Shown piece by piece: positions 62,923 through 64,000 of a stretch of 64,000 bases of DNA. The notes under the pieces are model-generated. The model saw nothing but the letters and a program-made list of their open reading frames with translations, had not been told where the DNA came from and did no database searches. Within the stretch, counting starts at the first letter, position 1. Every line of letters starts with the position of its first letter. The position numbers were made by a program, and so were the translations under genes. Location of the stretch: the IMG/VR virus record IMGVR_UViG_3300046499_000502, positions 6,335 through 70,334 of that record. One strand, 5' to 3'. This stretch comes from a virus.

Positions 62923-63363
62923 TCACTGCTGCACGGTGCCGCCGAGTACCTTGGCCACCGTCGGCGCCAGGCGCTTGCTGTCCGCCCTGGCTGCTGTGCT
63001 GGTGGTGGGGAGGCTGACTGCCCACGTATCACCGGTGACAGCGATACCGCCCATGCCCTGCGAGATACCCGTCCAGGCGTCCAGGGCCTTGGCGTTGGGG
63101 AACAGGTTGATCCCGCTGTCCCCCACCGCAGGCTGGCCGGCCTTGTCGGAGACGGTGAAGTCGTAGGTGCTGCCGCCTACCTCGCTGATGTACGTGTCGT
63201 CCGTGCTCTTGTGCAGCATGGACACGGTCAGGCCGTGGGCCTCAAGCGTGTCGGCGATCTTCTGCGCGCTGCTGTAGTGGTGCACGGCGGGCTTGCTGTC
63301 GCTACATGCGGTTGCTGCGGCCGTGATGAGCAGGGCTGCGCAGGCGACTCTTCGAAACTGCAT
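62923..63363 (-). CDS. Putative lipoprotein
   Basis: Signal peptide with lipobox-like ATA-C. Confidence 0.7.
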   Translation of the reverse strand: MQFRRVACAALLITAAATACSDSKPAVHHYSSAQKIADTLEAHGLTVSMLHKSTDDTYISEVGGSTYDFTVSDKAGQPAVGDSGINLFPNAKALDAWTGISQGMGGIAVTGDTWAVSLPTTSTAARADSKRLAPTVAKVLGGTVQQ

Positions 63364-63573
63364 GAATCCCCCAGGGCTGGTGTGCCGAGGGGCATCATCC
63401 GTCGAATGACGGGTCGCGGTCTAGGGCTGGGTCGGTGCCGTAGCCGCCGGCGGCGAGCCGTTCAGGTTGGCGGCAGATGTCCCAGTCGCAAGGACTGTCG
63501 GGTTCCGTGTGCCAGCACTGCACTGGCGGGTCGTCCAGGTCTTCGTCTGGAGCCTCGTAGCGGGAAGCCACAG

Positions 63574-63720
63574 CTACCTCTGCAGTGCGTGCACTGTGGT
63601 GGGCAGCAGCCAGAGCGCAAGCCCCGCGTAGGCGAGGCGGTCGCGCCGGACGGTGGCGGGAAGCAGGGCGGCCAGCGCGAGGAGTACGAAGCCGACCGTG
63701 TAGCAGAACACTTCCAGCAT
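63574..63720 (-). CDS. Small two-TM membrane protein (48 aa)
   Basis: MLEVFCYTVGFVLLALAALL...; GGAGAGG RBS; manual translation. Confidence 0.6.
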   Translation of the reverse strand: MLEVFCYTVGFVLLALAALLPATVRRDRLAYAGLALWLLPTTVHALQR

Positions 63721-63809
63721 GGGCACCTCTCCAGGCTTTGGGCCCCGCCGTCCGCGACGGGGGCGTTACGGACGGCGGGTTGGGGCGGCATGAGCGGACC
63801 GCCCCGGTC

Positions 63810-64000
63810 TCAGGCGGCCTTGGGTGCGCGCTGCGGCATGGGCCGGTAGCGCTCGGCCTGCTGCTGTATCTCGGGCAGGGCGTACATGGTCTTGAACTCG
63901 TGCCCGTTGCCGGTGAGTCGGCCTTCGCCGGAGAACTTCTGGATCTTTCCGCGCCGCGCCCACTGTCGAATGACGGGGCCAGGTACGCCGGTTGCGGCGG
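63810..64000 (-). CDS. MerR-like HTH protein (5' truncated by window)
   Basis: AATGVPGPVIRQWARRGKI...MYAL.EI. Confidence 0.7.
   Translation of the reverse strand, partial: AATGVPGPVIRQWARRGKIQKFSGEGRLTGNGHEFKTMYALPEIQQQAERYRPMPQRAPKAA

Larger units (their letters stand above)
1..64000. mobile_element. Temperate siphovirus-like phage/prophage genome (Streptomyces-type), extending beyond both window ends
   Basis: Complete head-tail-lysis module, integrase, repressor/Cro, recombination and replication genes in canonical order; no host housekeeping genes recognised. Confidence 0.95.

Noticed and set aside
1-64000. bldA-dependent TTA codons as a developmental control
   Set aside because: The several TAA/TTA sites spot-checked were out of frame; this was not an exhaustive scan, so no claim is made

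Overview
High-GC, Streptomyces-type sequence in which every recognisable gene is phage- or mobile-element-like and no host housekeeping gene is apparent. It reads as one continuous temperate siphovirus-like genome, mostly on the minus strand, running right to left. The late region comprises two HNH genes, a probable cos region, terminases, portal, protease, HK97-type capsid, head-tail proteins, tail proteins (with a -1 frameshift chaperone) and a tape measure protein with a transglycosylase domain. A lysis cassette with an extra papain-like protein follows. Next is an accessory region with a Cre-like recombinase, a lox/dif-like palindrome, a DNA-binding-only mini-LexA, an HExxH-defective ImmA/IrrE homologue, a 15-aa DxxWG repeat peptide and an SOS-box-led hairpin array. 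An apparently intact attP lies beside the tyrosine integrase, followed by the repressor/Cro/Xis switch. The long early operon includes an exonuclease, RecE/RecT-like genes, a C5 methyltransferase, an initiator with internal iterons, a DnaB-like helicase, and a VUT transporter coupled to a TGT/DpdA-like enzyme. The left end carries a KorSA-like GntR/Xis module resembling actinomycete integrative conjugative elements. Both attP and the presumed cos region are read through without a break, implying a circular/excised form or a tandem lysogen. All product calls come from motif recognition by eye; no database searches were run.
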